Program-made: the position numbers and the translations under genes | The notes under the pieces: generated by a model | Databases searched by the model: none | What the model was told of the DNA's origin: nothing | The model's input: the letters and a program-made list of their open reading frames with translations, nothing else | Part shown: piece by piece, positions 9,896 to 19,826 of the stretch | Position numbering within the stretch: the stretch's first letter is position 1 | Layout: each line of letters starts with the position of its first letter | Source: an uncultured bacterium | Lineage (GTDB): Bacteria > Verrucomicrobiota > Verrucomicrobiia > Verrucomicrobiales > DEV007 | DNA length: 64,000 bases | Reading direction: 5' to 3' | NCBI GenBank assembly: GCA_963977015.1 | Contig: CAXBMO010000004.1 | Span: 352,001 to 416,000 of the forward strand

Positions 9896-11575
9896 TTGCG
9901 AACGACTGGTGCCAGGTTCCCGGGAAGCGCCCTATTCTGGGCGATCGCGGTCTGCAGTTCCGGTGTCTTTGCAACGAATCCGCCTCCGGGTGCGGACCCG
10001 TCCGATTGGATTTTTCTCGACAACGGCGTCTACCGTCTTGGCGTCATCAAGAGCGCAGGAGCAGGAATTGGCTACCTGTCCCGGTCCGATTCCACCCGGA
10101 ATCTGTTGAATCACTACGACCGGGGACGCCTGATCCAGCAATCCTATTACGGCGACGCTGACGGCTCCAAATGGGTCGATCAACCCTGGTGCTTGAACCC
10201 GGTTCAGGGAGGCAGTTACGAGAACGCCATTCCCAAATTGATTGAGCTCCGCGCCAGGAAAACGCAGCTCTATTCCAAGTCGGTTCCACTTCATTGGGCC
10301 ACTGGCGAGTTGCTGGAGGACTTCGAAATGGAGCAATGGATCGAGCTGAAAGGCGCACTCGTTCAGCTGCGATTTCGCATGACCTACAAAGGCGCCGAAA
10401 CCCACGCTGCCCGTCATCAGGAAATCCCCGCCGTTTTTCTCGACTCCTCGCTCTCCCACCTCGCCATCTATCAGGGCGATTCTCCCGGGACCGGAGCCGC
10501 GATTTCCCGATTCCAACCCGGCAGGAAAAACGAATACTACCAAATTCCCGAGCATTGGGCCGCATTCGTCAATGAGAGCGACGTTGGGCTCGGAATCTAC
10601 GTTCCCATCGCCGAACAACTCACGACCTACCGATTTCCGGGCGGAGCGAATTCAGACTGCTCCTACCTCGCGCCGATCGCCACCTTCGCCTTCAAACCCG
10701 GTCTAACCTTTGAGTATGACGCCTATGTTTGCCTGGGTTCGCTCGTTGAGATTCGAACCCGGTTTCTGCGACTTGAAGGCGACCTCGAACGCGTCATGCG
10801 CGGCGAATCGGTTTTCGGTCGCAAGATGGCCAGGAAAGCGACCATCACCGACCCGGAACTGTTTGCCGACTTCCCCAGGGAAACACCAAACGAGAACCTC
10901 ATCGATGGAATCGCCGAAGCGCTTGAAAAGAACATCGGCAAGCCTCGTCAATCCGGTCACAACGTCATCTTCGCCTCCATCGCCATCCGAGCGCTCAAGG
11001 AACACCCGGAGCTGGCGACCCCATCCGTCGTCGTGGGCATTCGCAAACTGATTCACCAATTCGACGGCGCTCATCCCGGCAGCGGCTACTACGGCAAGGA
11101 ACGCGGTCGAATTACCGGCAACAAGATCCAGCTTCCCGAGGAAACCTCCGTTCCACCCTACAAAACGCTCGCAGCGATGGGCGACGCCGTCATCGCCGAA
11201 ATCCTCGCCCAGGATCCGAACGTCCATCGCCAGGGATACGGCAGCCTCGTCCACCTCATCAACCACGCTGGCGCGATCGTCGATCGGGCCAACTTCGGCT
11301 ACCCCGAGCTCGTCCCCCAGGCCCTCGCCTCTCACCACACCCATCTCCGCCTCTGGCAAGAGCTTCCCAATCTGGTCGATGAACTCGGCCCGGTTCCGGT
11401 TTCCCAACACACCCCGGATTCCGCCGCCTACTGGACCAGTGGAACCATCCCCTACGACCGCGCTCTCCTCACCCACTGCGTCAAAACGATGTTCGGGTTC
11501 GAGGAACTCGCTGAGGTCGTGGACAACGATTCCGAACGGAAAGCGGCTTACGAGAAGCTGCGCTACATGATGTAG
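9896..11575 (+). CDS. Two-domain hypothetical protein (possible in-frame fusion of two genes)
   Basis: 559-aa ORF with a beta-rich N-half (NHYDRGRLIQQSYYG, WCLNPVQGG) and a helical His-rich C-half (SGHNVIFASIAIRAL); start uncertain. Confidence 0.7.
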   Translation: MRTTGARFPGSALFWAIAVCSSGVFATNPPPGADPSDWIFLDNGVYRLGVIKSAGAGIGYLSRSDSTRNLLNHYDRGRLIQQSYYGDADGSKWVDQPWCLNPVQGGSYENAIPKLIELRARKTQLYSKSVPLHWATGELLEDFEMEQWIELKGALVQLRFRMTYKGAETHAARHQEIPAVFLDSSLSHLAIYQGDSPGTGAAISRFQPGRKNEYYQIPEHWAAFVNESDVGLGIYVPIAEQLTTYRFPGGANSDCSYLAPIATFAFKPGLTFEYDAYVCLGSLVEIRTRFLRLEGDLERVMRGESVFGRKMARKATITDPELFADFPRETPNENLIDGIAEALEKNIGKPRQSGHNVIFASIAIRALKEHPELATPSVVVGIRKLIHQFDGAHPGSGYYGKERGRITGNKIQLPEETSVPPYKTLAAMGDAVIAEILAQDPNVHRQGYGSLVHLINHAGAIVDRANFGYPELVPQALASHHTHLRLWQELPNLVDELGPVPVSQHTPDSAAYWTSGTIPYDRALLTHCVKTMFGFEELAEVVDNDSERKAAYEKLRYMM

Positions 11576-11661
11576 GACATTTGGTGGCGCTGCTGAGCAA
11601 AACGTTGATGACCGGTTCCACCATGATCTTGGCGGATGTTAGGAAGGAGGCAATCGGGAAC

Positions 11662-11686
11662 GTAGCGGAAGATGCCAAATCTTCCG
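11662..11686 (+). repeat. GTAG-type REP-like hairpin (single copy seen)
   Basis: GTAG followed by CGGAAGAT-gccaa-ATCTTCCG, a perfect 8-bp stem in an intergenic region. Confidence 0.45.
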
Positions 11687-11808
11687 ATGGCTGCCGGGAG
11701 CGGAATTTTTGGCAAATTCCGCTACGGATTTGGCTTTCTGAGATTTTCTTGCAGTTCGAGTGTCCAAAGGATAGGAATGTTGCCTCTTTCTCCCGAAGAA
11801 CCGAATTT

Positions 11809-14100
11809 ATGAAAACCCTGTCTCTAACTCTTGTCGCCCTCGTCACGTTCATCTCTGCCCGAGCGGCGGAGCCCATTTTGATTGAGGCGGAGTCGTTTGC
11901 CGAGCACGGCGGCTGGAAGCTGGATACCCAGTTCATCGAGATCATGGGTTCGCCGTATTTGATCGCCCACGGGATGGGGAAGCCGGTTGACGATGCGGTG
12001 ACGAAGGTGACGATTCCCGAGGCGGGCACGTGGCGCGTTTGGGCGCGGACGAAGGATTGGGTGGCTCCGTGGAATGCACCGGGAACTCCGGGACGGTTTC
12101 AGTTGATGATTGGCGGCGAGACGGTCGCAACGGAGTTTGGAACGACGGGTGCGCAATGGCATTGGCAAGACGGCGGCGAGGTCGAGCTGAAGGCGGGTGA
12201 AGTGGAGCTGCGGTTGCACGATTTGACCGGGTTCAACGGCCGTTGCGACGCGATCGTGCTGAGCCAGGGCGACGAGGCTCCCGACAACAGCAGCGAGGTG
12301 TTGCCGGTTTGGCGACGCGAGGCACTGGGTTTCCCGGCTGAGCCCGAAGACACGGGCGGGTTCGATATCGTGTTCATCGGTGGCGGTTATGCGGGAGCCT
12401 GTGGCGCAATTTCCGCCGCGCGGATGGGTTTGAAGACGGCGCTGATTCAGAATCGCGACGTGCTCGGCGGAAACGGCAGCTCAGAGGTTCGGGTTTGGGC
12501 GATGGGGAACACGCCGGGCGGTTTGTATCCGGTTGGCGACATCATTCGGGAGTTTGAAGATCACGCGAAGAGTTCACCGGGTTTCTACGAAGAATTTGGC
12601 GATGCGAAGAAGGAGCAGATCGCGCGGGCGGAGAAAAACTTGTCTCTCTTTCTCGGACACCACGCGTTTGACGTGGTGATGGACGGCGACAAAATCGAGG
12701 CGGTTCATGCGCTGGAGACGCGCACCGGGCGGATTCGCGAGTTCAAAGCTCCGTATTTTTGCGATTCGACGGGCCATGGTTATATCGGAATGAAAGCGGG
12801 CGCCGATCGCACGCAGATTCCGGAGGGACGCATGGGGATGAGCAATATGTGGCGCTGGCAGCAGACCGATTCGCCCAAGTCGTTTCCGGAAACTCCCTGG
12901 GCCCTGGATTTGGCCGAAGGCGAATTCCCCTACCCTCAGAAGTATCATGCGCAGTGGTTTTGGGAGAGCGGCTATGACAAGGATCCGCTCAACGATCTGG
13001 AGTTGATTCGCGATTGGAACCTGCGGGCGAACTTTGGCGCATGGAATGCGATCAAGAACAGCGGGGCCTATGGACGGAGCGATGAGTCCGGCAAGAATCA
13101 CGCCAATGCGGAGTTGCTTTGGATGGCTTATGTCGGCGGTCCGCGTGAAACGCAACAACTCCTTGGCGACGTGGTTTTGACCGAGGAAGACATCGTGACC
13201 AGTCGCAAATTCGACGATGCCTGCGTTTTGACGACGTGGTCGATCGACCTGCATTACCCGAAGGAGCAGTACATCGGAAAATACGAGGACAACCCCTTCA
13301 TTTCCTACGCGGTTCACGGCAAGGGCGTCGATCGCAAACGCGGCTACGCCGTTCCGTATCGCTGCTTCTACAGCCGAAACATCGACAACCTGTTCATGGC
13401 CGGTCGCAACGTCAGCGTGACCCACAAGGCGCTCGGAACCGTCCGCGTGATGAAGACCTGCGGCATGATGGGCGTCGTCGTTGGCAAGGCCGCGGCGATC
13501 GGCAAGAAGAACAACTGCAGCCCGCGTTACGTCTACCAAAGCTATCTGCCCGAGTTCATCGAATTGCTCAAACTGCCCGGCAACATGCGCCGCGAGTCCA
13601 TCGACGCGCCGTTCATGGAAGATCCCAATCTGCCGAAGTTTGAACCCATGACCGTTGCGGCGAGCTTTGGCGGCGTGGACGTGAAAAAATTGGATGGTCT
13701 GGTGATCGACGATGTGAAGGCGAAACTGACCGGAGACTGGGGTGGCGGCACCGGGTTGAAAGGGTTCATCGGCGAAGGCTACCGCTACCATGGCGCCAAC
13801 GATTCCGCGCAAGCGAGGTTCGAGTTCGAAGTTCCGGAAGCGGGAACCTGGGACGTCCGGATTTGCTGGCAGCCGCATCCCAATCGCTCCACCAAAACCC
13901 AGGTGAAGGTGGAAGTGGACGGCGAGGTCGCCGCGGAGAAGATCGTGAATCAGCGGGAGACCGCCTTGCTCAAAAACGGATTCCATTCCCTCGGGCGGCG
14001 CGAGTTTTCGGCGGGCCAGAAGGGTGCGGTGGTGATTTTGGCGAAGGGCGCGGACGGAAACGTGCATGCCGACGCCGTCCAGCTGATCAAGATCAAGTGA
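11809..14100 (+). CDS. Secreted FAD-dependent oxidoreductase with accessory beta-sandwich domains
   Basis: Signal peptide from ATG 11809; DIVFIGGGYAGACGAISAARMG, LGGNGSSE, NLFMAGRNVSVTHKALGTVRVM; C-terminal VHADAVQL domain. Confidence 0.88.
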   Translation: MKTLSLTLVALVTFISARAAEPILIEAESFAEHGGWKLDTQFIEIMGSPYLIAHGMGKPVDDAVTKVTIPEAGTWRVWARTKDWVAPWNAPGTPGRFQLMIGGETVATEFGTTGAQWHWQDGGEVELKAGEVELRLHDLTGFNGRCDAIVLSQGDEAPDNSSEVLPVWRREALGFPAEPEDTGGFDIVFIGGGYAGACGAISAARMGLKTALIQNRDVLGGNGSSEVRVWAMGNTPGGLYPVGDIIREFEDHAKSSPGFYEEFGDAKKEQIARAEKNLSLFLGHHAFDVVMDGDKIEAVHALETRTGRIREFKAPYFCDSTGHGYIGMKAGADRTQIPEGRMGMSNMWRWQQTDSPKSFPETPWALDLAEGEFPYPQKYHAQWFWESGYDKDPLNDLELIRDWNLRANFGAWNAIKNSGAYGRSDESGKNHANAELLWMAYVGGPRETQQLLGDVVLTEEDIVTSRKFDDACVLTTWSIDLHYPKEQYIGKYEDNPFISYAVHGKGVDRKRGYAVPYRCFYSRNIDNLFMAGRNVSVTHKALGTVRVMKTCGMMGVVVGKAAAIGKKNNCSPRYVYQSYLPEFIELLKLPGNMRRESIDAPFMEDPNLPKFEPMTVAASFGGVDVKKLDGLVIDDVKAKLTGDWGGGTGLKGFIGEGYRYHGANDSAQARFEFEVPEAGTWDVRICWQPHPNRSTKTQVKVEVDGEVAAEKIVNQRETALLKNGFHSLGRREFSAGQKGAVVILAKGADGNVHADAVQLIKIK

Positions 14101-14145
14101 TCTGAACGGCTCGATTCGTTACGCGGGCGCTTCAGGCGACCCGAA

Positions 14146-15141
14146 TCAGACGGCAACGACCTGATTCGGGCACGAACGCCCGTTTTCAAGATCCGTCAGA
14201 TTCCGCAGAGTCGTCTCCGCGATCTCTCGCAATGCTTCGTGGGTGAAAAACGCCTGGTGGCTGGTGATGAGGACGTTTGGGAACGTCGTCAGGCGCATCA
14301 AGAGATCGTCATCAATGATTTCCCCGGACAGATCTTCGAAAAACAGGTCCGCTTCCTCCTCATAAACATCGAGCGCCAGGCCCCCGATGCGGCCTGACTT
14401 GAGTGCTCCGATCAAAGCCGGCGTATCGACCAACCCACCGCGGCTGGTGTTCACGAGCATGGCTCCCTGCTTCATTTGCTCCAGCGAATTGGCATTGATC
14501 AAATGGTGGGTTTGAGGAGAAAGCGGGCAATGCAGACTCACGATATCGGACTGGCCGAGCAGCTCCTCCAGCGCGACATACTCGACCCCGAGCGCCTCGC
14601 AGTCCGGATTTGGAAAGGGATCAAAGGCGAGAACGCGGCATCCAAACCCGTTCATGATCCGGCAGAAGACCTTCCCGATGTTTCCCGTCCCCACAACGCC
14701 CACCGTTTTGCCGTGGAGATCGAATCCCTCCAACCCGCGCAATTCAAAATTCCCCTCCCGCACCCGATTGTACGCTTTGTGGACGCGGCGGTTCAGGGTC
14801 AAAATCAGAGCCACGGCGTGCTCCGCAACCGAATATGGAGAATAGGCCGGAACCCGAACGACCTGGAGGCCGTACTTTGCTGCGGCGGTGAGATCCACGT
14901 TGTTGAAGCCAGCACAGCGCAGGGCAATAAACCGCACGCCATAGCCCGCCAGATCAGCAATCGATTCTTCGCTCAGTTCATCGTTCACGAAGACACAGAC
15001 CGCGTCTCGATTTTCGGCAAGACGACTGGAATGCGGCCGCAAACGGGCTTCATGAAAGTAGAGTTCATGATTTCCGGCGGCGTTGGCGGCCTCAAGTCCG
15101 CGCCGATCGTGCGGCTTGGTGCTGAATACGGCGATTTTCAT
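14146..15141 (-). CDS. ldhA: D-lactate dehydrogenase / D-2-hydroxyacid dehydrogenase
   Basis: [61 protein letters not shown]. Confidence 0.92.
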   Translation of the reverse strand: MKIAVFSTKPHDRRGLEAANAAGNHELYFHEARLRPHSSRLAENRDAVCVFVNDELSEESIADLAGYGVRFIALRCAGFNNVDLTAAAKYGLQVVRVPAYSPYSVAEHAVALILTLNRRVHKAYNRVREGNFELRGLEGFDLHGKTVGVVGTGNIGKVFCRIMNGFGCRVLAFDPFPNPDCEALGVEYVALEELLGQSDIVSLHCPLSPQTHHLINANSLEQMKQGAMLVNTSRGGLVDTPALIGALKSGRIGGLALDVYEEEADLFFEDLSGEIIDDDLLMRLTTFPNVLITSHQAFFTHEALREIAETTLRNLTDLENGRSCPNQVVAV

Positions 15142-15258
15142 GGTGAGCTTCAAAAAACGGGGAACAAGAGACGTGGGTTGACCGGAATCTGAACCTTGAT
15201 GGAAGCATTGCGCAACCACCGGATCTCTGTCTTATTCGACACGTGTGAGGAACCTGCC

Positions 15259-16629
15259 ATGAGCGAACTTTTCGACGATTTTCCAGACGAATCCGGTCCG
15301 AGCGACGATTCGGTCTCCCCGAATGCGCCGCTGGCCGCTCGAATGCGTCCACGCAGCCTCGATGAGTATGCCGGGCAACAACACATTCTGGGGGAAGGCA
15401 AGCTTCTGCGCCGCGCAGTCGAGGCCGATCGCTTTACCTCGCTGATTTTTTACGGCCCACCCGGGGTCGGCAAAACCAGCCTTGCCCAGCTGATCGCGAA
15501 CCAGACTGAAACGCGATTCGTCAACTTGAGCGGCGTCGAAAGCAACGTGAAGGAGATCCGCGAATCGGTCGAGCTGGCAGCCAATTTTCTGCGCAACAAA
15601 AAGCAGACCACGACGCTCTTTGTCGATGAGATCCACCGGTTCAACAAAGCCCAGCAGGACGTTCTTCTGCCGCACATCGAGCGCGGAACGGTTCGCTTCA
15701 TTGGCGCGACGACGCACAATCCGTTTTTCTACATCAACAGTCCCCTCGTCTCGCGATCCCAGGTTTTTCAGTTGGAATCGCTCACCAACGAGGATTTGGA
15801 GGCCTTGTTGCAACGTGCGGTGACCGATCCCAAACGCGGCTTTGGCAAAAAACGCATCGTCATGAGCCCCGAAGCCTCCAAGCATCTGGCGGCGGCGAGC
15901 GACGGCGACGCGCGAAAGCTGCTGACGTCGTTCGAGCTCGGCGTGTTGACGACGCCTCCGAACGAAGATGGAGTGATCGATTTCACGCTCGAAGTCGCGG
16001 AGCAGTCGATTCAGCAGAAAACCGTGGTTTACGATGGCGACGGCGATGGTCACTACGACACCATCAGCGCCTTCATCAAATCGATGCGCGGCTCCGACCC
16101 TGATGCAGCGCTCTACTGGCTCGCCAAAATGCTCTACGCCGGTGAAGACATTCGCTTCATCGCCCGCCGTATCGTCATCGCCGCAAGCGAGGACGTCGGG
16201 TTGGCCGATTCCAATGCGTTACGCGTCGCGGTTGCCGCCCAACAAGCGGTCGAGTTCATCGGCATGCCGGAAGCGCGAATCCCGCTCGCTCACGCCACGG
16301 TTTACCTCGCCACCGCGCCGAAAAGCAATCGCGCCTATGCCGGCATCAACGCCGCGCTCGATGACGTGAAGAACGGCCGAACCCTCGCCGTTCCCGAACA
16401 TCTTCGGACGAAATCGCGCAAGAAACTGGCCAAGGCGGGTGGAACCAGCGATGCCGATCTTCAGTATCTCTACGCCCACGATGACGAAAGCGGCTACATT
16501 CCACAGGCCTATTTGCCCGAGGGAAAACGCTACTACGAGCCGACGGAAAACGGGCTCGAAGGTCGAATCAAGGAGCGACTCGATTTTTGGCGAAAGCAGT
16601 TCGCGGAAACGTTGGAGAATCGTCGATGA
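15259..16629 (+). CDS. rarA: Replication-associated recombination protein A (MgsA family AAA+)
   Basis: PLAARMRPRSLDE, GPPGVGKT, DEIHRFNKAQQD, HYDTISAFIKSMRGSDPDAA, ASEDVGLAD, APKSN. Confidence 0.96.
   Translation: MSELFDDFPDESGPSDDSVSPNAPLAARMRPRSLDEYAGQQHILGEGKLLRRAVEADRFTSLIFYGPPGVGKTSLAQLIANQTETRFVNLSGVESNVKEIRESVELAANFLRNKKQTTTLFVDEIHRFNKAQQDVLLPHIERGTVRFIGATTHNPFFYINSPLVSRSQVFQLESLTNEDLEALLQRAVTDPKRGFGKKRIVMSPEASKHLAAASDGDARKLLTSFELGVLTTPPNEDGVIDFTLEVAEQSIQQKTVVYDGDGDGHYDTISAFIKSMRGSDPDAALYWLAKMLYAGEDIRFIARRIVIAASEDVGLADSNALRVAVAAQQAVEFIGMPEARIPLAHATVYLATAPKSNRAYAGINAALDDVKNGRTLAVPEHLRTKSRKKLAKAGGTSDADLQYLYAHDDESGYIPQAYLPEGKRYYEPTENGLEGRIKERLDFWRKQFAETLENRR
16526..16608 (+). repeat. 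Direct repeat copy 1 (rarA 3' end)
   Basis: 83 bp, 79/83 identical by eye to 17058-17140. Confidence 0.95.
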
Positions 16630-16648
16630 GGTCTCGAAGTGCCGCCCC

Positions 16649-16769
16649 TTACTCGCGATCCGTCCCAAACTGCTCGTCCCGTTTTTCGTGGCGGATCGCT
16701 TCGCTCGTGATACCACTCAACGGCCTGGCGAATATCGTCCTTGGCCAAGGCCGTGATGATCACCCTCAC
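16649..16769 (-). pseudogene. ParE/RelE toxin remnant with internal deletion
   Basis: N-terminus MRVIITALAKDDIRQAVEWYHERS is joined out of frame to a ParE-like C-terminus IRHEKRDEQFGTDRE*; overlaps the antitoxin stop (GTGA). Confidence 0.75.
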
Positions 16770-16984
16770 ACCGATTGCTTTAACTCATCGAGGAATTGGT
16801 CAAAGTCTGAATCGCCTTCTGGGTCATTTTCAGAAGCACGCTCACGCTCATCCGCCAACTTCACGCGCTCAGCTCGAGCGATTTCGTCAGGACGATTCAG
16901 ATAGTGATAAAGCCGATCAACCAAGTCGATCAACTCGGACTCGGGCAAAGCGAGGGCCGCTTTTTCGACATCGGAAGCGCTCAT
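16766..16984 (-). CDS. Putative addiction-module antitoxin
   Basis: 72 aa, acidic, VEKAALALPESELIDLVDRL pattern; coupled to the ParE remnant; upstream TTGAAT-N16-TACGTT. Confidence 0.8.
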   Translation of the reverse strand: MSASDVEKAALALPESELIDLVDRLYHYLNRPDEIARAERVKLADERERASENDPEGDSDFDQFLDELKQSV

Positions 16985-17057
16985 CGAATCCCAACGTAGA
17001 TCAAATCAACACGCATTCAAGTCGGCGAACTTTTCCAGACGGATATCCCGGAAATCC

Positions 17058-17140
17058 AACGCTACTACGAGCCGACGGAAAACGGGCTCGAAGGCCGTAT
17101 CAAGGAGCGACTCGAATTCTGGCGAAAGCAGTTCGCGGAA
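17058..17140 (+). repeat. Direct repeat copy 2 (displaced rarA 3' end)
   Basis: Encodes RYYEPTENGLEGRIKERLEFWRKQFAE followed by AKG*, an alternative RarA C-terminus. Confidence 0.95.
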
Positions 17141-17189
17141 GCAAAAGGGTGAATGGTTGACGTCTCGGTGAGGAGAACGATCTTGAACA

Positions 17190-17492
17190 ATGCTCCAGAT
17201 CCCGATTGAGCAGAAAGTCATCGATGCATTCTGCCGCAAGCATCACATTGAAAGGATTTCCGTTTTTGGATCTGCACAACGGCCGGACTTTGTTGCGGGA
17301 AAAAGCGATATAGATCTCTTTGTGGAGTATCTACCGGGTCATCATCCGGGCTGGGACATGATTCTGCAGCGAAACGAACTCGAGGCAATCTTCGGAACCC
17401 GAGTCGATCTCCTCACCGAATTGCCTTCCCGGTTCCACAAACGGGTGGAAAGTGATTTGGAAGTTATCTACTCCTGTCATGGCAAAGCATGA
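17190..17492 (+). CDS. Minimal nucleotidyltransferase antitoxin (MntA-like)
   Basis: 100 aa; VFGSAQRPDF...SDIDLFVE (GS-x10/11-DxD); RVDLLT. Confidence 0.9.
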   Translation: MLQIPIEQKVIDAFCRKHHIERISVFGSAQRPDFVAGKSDIDLFVEYLPGHHPGWDMILQRNELEAIFGTRVDLLTELPSRFHKRVESDLEVIYSCHGKA

Positions 17493-17808
17493 CCCTTCAC
17501 TGACTTTGGAGCAAATGCGCGAAGCTGCTCTTCAGGCGACCAAAATTGCGGAGGCAGACGACCAATCGATTGGTGAGGTGGAGATCTTGGCGCTGGAACG
17601 CTGTTTTGAAATTATCGGCGAAGCCGCTAATCGCCTCGGGCAGGAATTTCACGATTCCCATCCCCAGCTTCCCTGGGCTCAAATGGTGGGGATGCGTAAC
17701 GTTATCATCCACGGATACGATCACGTGGTTACTGAAACGTTACTTGTCACTGCGCGGAAAAACCTCCGCAGTCTGGTGCAACAAGTCGATGAATTGCTGT
17801 CCAAGTGA
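17479..17808 (+). CDS. HEPN/DUF86 ribonuclease toxin (HepT-like)
   Basis: FEIIGEAA, PWAQMVGMRNVIIHGY (Rx4HxY); overlaps the MNT gene. Confidence 0.9.
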   Translation: MAKHDPSLTLEQMREAALQATKIAEADDQSIGEVEILALERCFEIIGEAANRLGQEFHDSHPQLPWAQMVGMRNVIIHGYDHVVTETLLVTARKNLRSLVQQVDELLSK

Positions 17809-17829
17809 GGACAGCCGACGCCCGGATCT

Positions 17830-17994
17830 TTAGTTGATCCCCTTCTTACTCAACTTCGTTCCCTTGGTGCGTCCCTGGCGGACTTTGAACTTCGGGTTGG
17901 TCTTGCAGATGACGTAGATGGTTCCACGGCGTTTCACAATCTGGCAATCAGAGTGCCGATTTTTTGCTGATCCGACGGAAGAAACGACTTTCAT
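17830..17994 (-). CDS. rpmJ: 50S ribosomal protein L36, type B (YkgO-like)
   Basis: [41 protein letters not shown] plus a basic tail. Confidence 0.92.
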   Translation of the reverse strand: MKVVSSVGSAKNRHSDCQIVKRRGTIYVICKTNPKFKVRQGRTKGTKLSKKGIN

Positions 17995-18135
17995 GACAAG
18001 ACTAGGTTGAGTGTGAAAACCCAGATTTCTGGGGAGCGGCAATATGTGGGGTCTCCTCGCGTTGTAAAGGGTTTTTTGCACCGAAGCTTGACCTTGGCGC
18101 AGGTTCGGCAAACTCATAGCCCCTTACACACCACC

Positions 18136-18672
18136 ATGATTCTCTCTGACAGCGCTATCCTGAAAGCCATTGAAGCCGGTACCATCGTCATCGATCCCTA
18201 TGATCGCGAATGCCTGGGCAGCAATAGCTACGATGTTCACCTGGGCAAAAATCTGGCGACGTATAAGGATCGGGTGCTCGACGCCCGCAAACACAACGAG
18301 ATCCAGCATTTCGAGATTCCGGAAGAAGGCTACGTCTTGGAACCCGGGATCAATTACCTGGGAATTACCCAGGAATACACGGAAACGCACGATACGGTCC
18401 CGTTTTTGGAAGGGAAATCCAGCGTTGGCCGGTTGGGAATGGACATTCACGCGACCGCCGGGAAGGGCGATGTCGGGTTTTCCAACCACTGGACCCTGGA
18501 AATCTCTGTGAAACAGCCGGTCCGCGTTTATGCCGGGATGCCGGTTGGTCAGTTGATCTATTTCGAGGTGGATGGCGATGTTCTGCGCCCCTACGACCAG
18601 AAAAAATCGGCGAAATACAATCAACGATCCGACCTGCCTCAGGAATCGATGATGTGGAAGAACGACTTCTAG
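18136..18672 (+). CDS. dcd: dCTP deaminase
   Basis: MILSD, SYDVHLG, EGKSSVGRLG, GKGDVGFSNHWTLEI, GMPVGQLIYF. Confidence 0.93.
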   Translation: MILSDSAILKAIEAGTIVIDPYDRECLGSNSYDVHLGKNLATYKDRVLDARKHNEIQHFEIPEEGYVLEPGINYLGITQEYTETHDTVPFLEGKSSVGRLGMDIHATAGKGDVGFSNHWTLEISVKQPVRVYAGMPVGQLIYFEVDGDVLRPYDQKKSAKYNQRSDLPQESMMWKNDF

Positions 18673-18679
18673 GCCGGGA

Positions 18680-19669
18680 TCAGCGAGGAAGCGGGCTGTT
18701 CAGAAACTGCGCGTCCCGTGCCTCGCGAAGTTTGACCATGTAGGCCTGAAGCTCCTTTTTCTTGGCCTCTTCCTCCAAGCGACGCTTTTCCATCTGCTTC
18801 TGGCGAAAAATCACGAACGCGTTGTTTGCGCCATAGGTGCGCCAGGGGCCCTGGGGAATTTCATCCAGTTCTACAAACCGCCAATCGGTCTTCGCGCCAC
18901 TGCGCATTCCGAGGTAATCGCGAACTGCGGGCGAGATATCCAATCCCGCGCCTTTGTTTCCCGTCGTGCTGGGCCGGGCGTCGCCAAAGACATACTTGAA
19001 GTCGTCCACCAGAAACGGGCCGACATCTTCCCATTGGGCGTAACAAGTCCGTCCGGCGTAGCGAATCGCAATCCACTGCCCTTTCAGAATCGTCCGGCCG
19101 TCCTTCTTGTAGCGATCCTTGTACCAAGGAATCAGCTTCTGATCCGGGCGTGGATTTTTCCATCCCGCGATGTCGTTGTAGGGCAGGGCAAAGTAGAACG
19201 GGTTTTCCTTCGGGATAAACGATTTGGGCCGGAACTGCCCCGGAATACGATTCGCGGGATTGGGATCATCGTAACCGCCAAACGTCTCCTGCCACTTGGT
19301 GTCCCAGGAGCTGGCGGTGTTTGGTGTGGGATTGTTTTCCGTCGGCAGCTCGCCACACCAGAAAATCGTCGTCACGATATCCTCTTTCCACGGATACTTG
19401 GTGTAGATCTCCAGCGGACGCGTTGGCATGTAAATCCGTGGCGCAGCCGACGGTTTGGTTCGGCGGAGATCATAGCCAGGTAGATACCGTTCTCCTTCGC
19501 GATACTTTTCCTCAAGTTGCCTCAGCAACGCCTGAACTGCCGGATCCAGATTTTGATAGTTACTGGCAACCGCGGGCGACGAAAAACTCAGCCCAAAAAC
19601 GGCTGCCAACCAAATGGCGACGATTCTGAAGGTTGAGTGAGACAAGGGCATGGGCAGGGAAGAGCGCAT
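18680..19669 (-). CDS. Secreted conserved hypothetical protein (possible double-psi beta-barrel)
   Basis: Signal peptide; PKENPFYFALPYND, CYAQWEDVGPF, AGLDISPAVRDYLG. Confidence 0.75.
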   Translation of the reverse strand: MRSSLPMPLSHSTFRIVAIWLAAVFGLSFSSPAVASNYQNLDPAVQALLRQLEEKYREGERYLPGYDLRRTKPSAAPRIYMPTRPLEIYTKYPWKEDIVTTIFWCGELPTENNPTPNTASSWDTKWQETFGGYDDPNPANRIPGQFRPKSFIPKENPFYFALPYNDIAGWKNPRPDQKLIPWYKDRYKKDGRTILKGQWIAIRYAGRTCYAQWEDVGPFLVDDFKYVFGDARPSTTGNKGAGLDISPAVRDYLGMRSGAKTDWRFVELDEIPQGPWRTYGANNAFVIFRQKQMEKRRLEEEAKKKELQAYMVKLREARDAQFLNSPLPR

Positions 19670-19826
19670 TTTAGGAAAACGAGAGGATTTTTCAAGAGAA
19701 AGCGGAACTGCGGCGTGGTTGCCCCTCTGAAATGGGAATTCGAAGCTCCGAAATTTAATTCAGAATTCTCACCTTTTAAGGCATTCTTATTTTTGACATT
19801 CAAATATTTTACATGAAATTAAACCA

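Noticed and set aside
16533-16769. 78-aa ORF as an intact toxin
   Set aside because: After residue 24 it runs out of frame and into antisense rarA; treated as a pseudogene.
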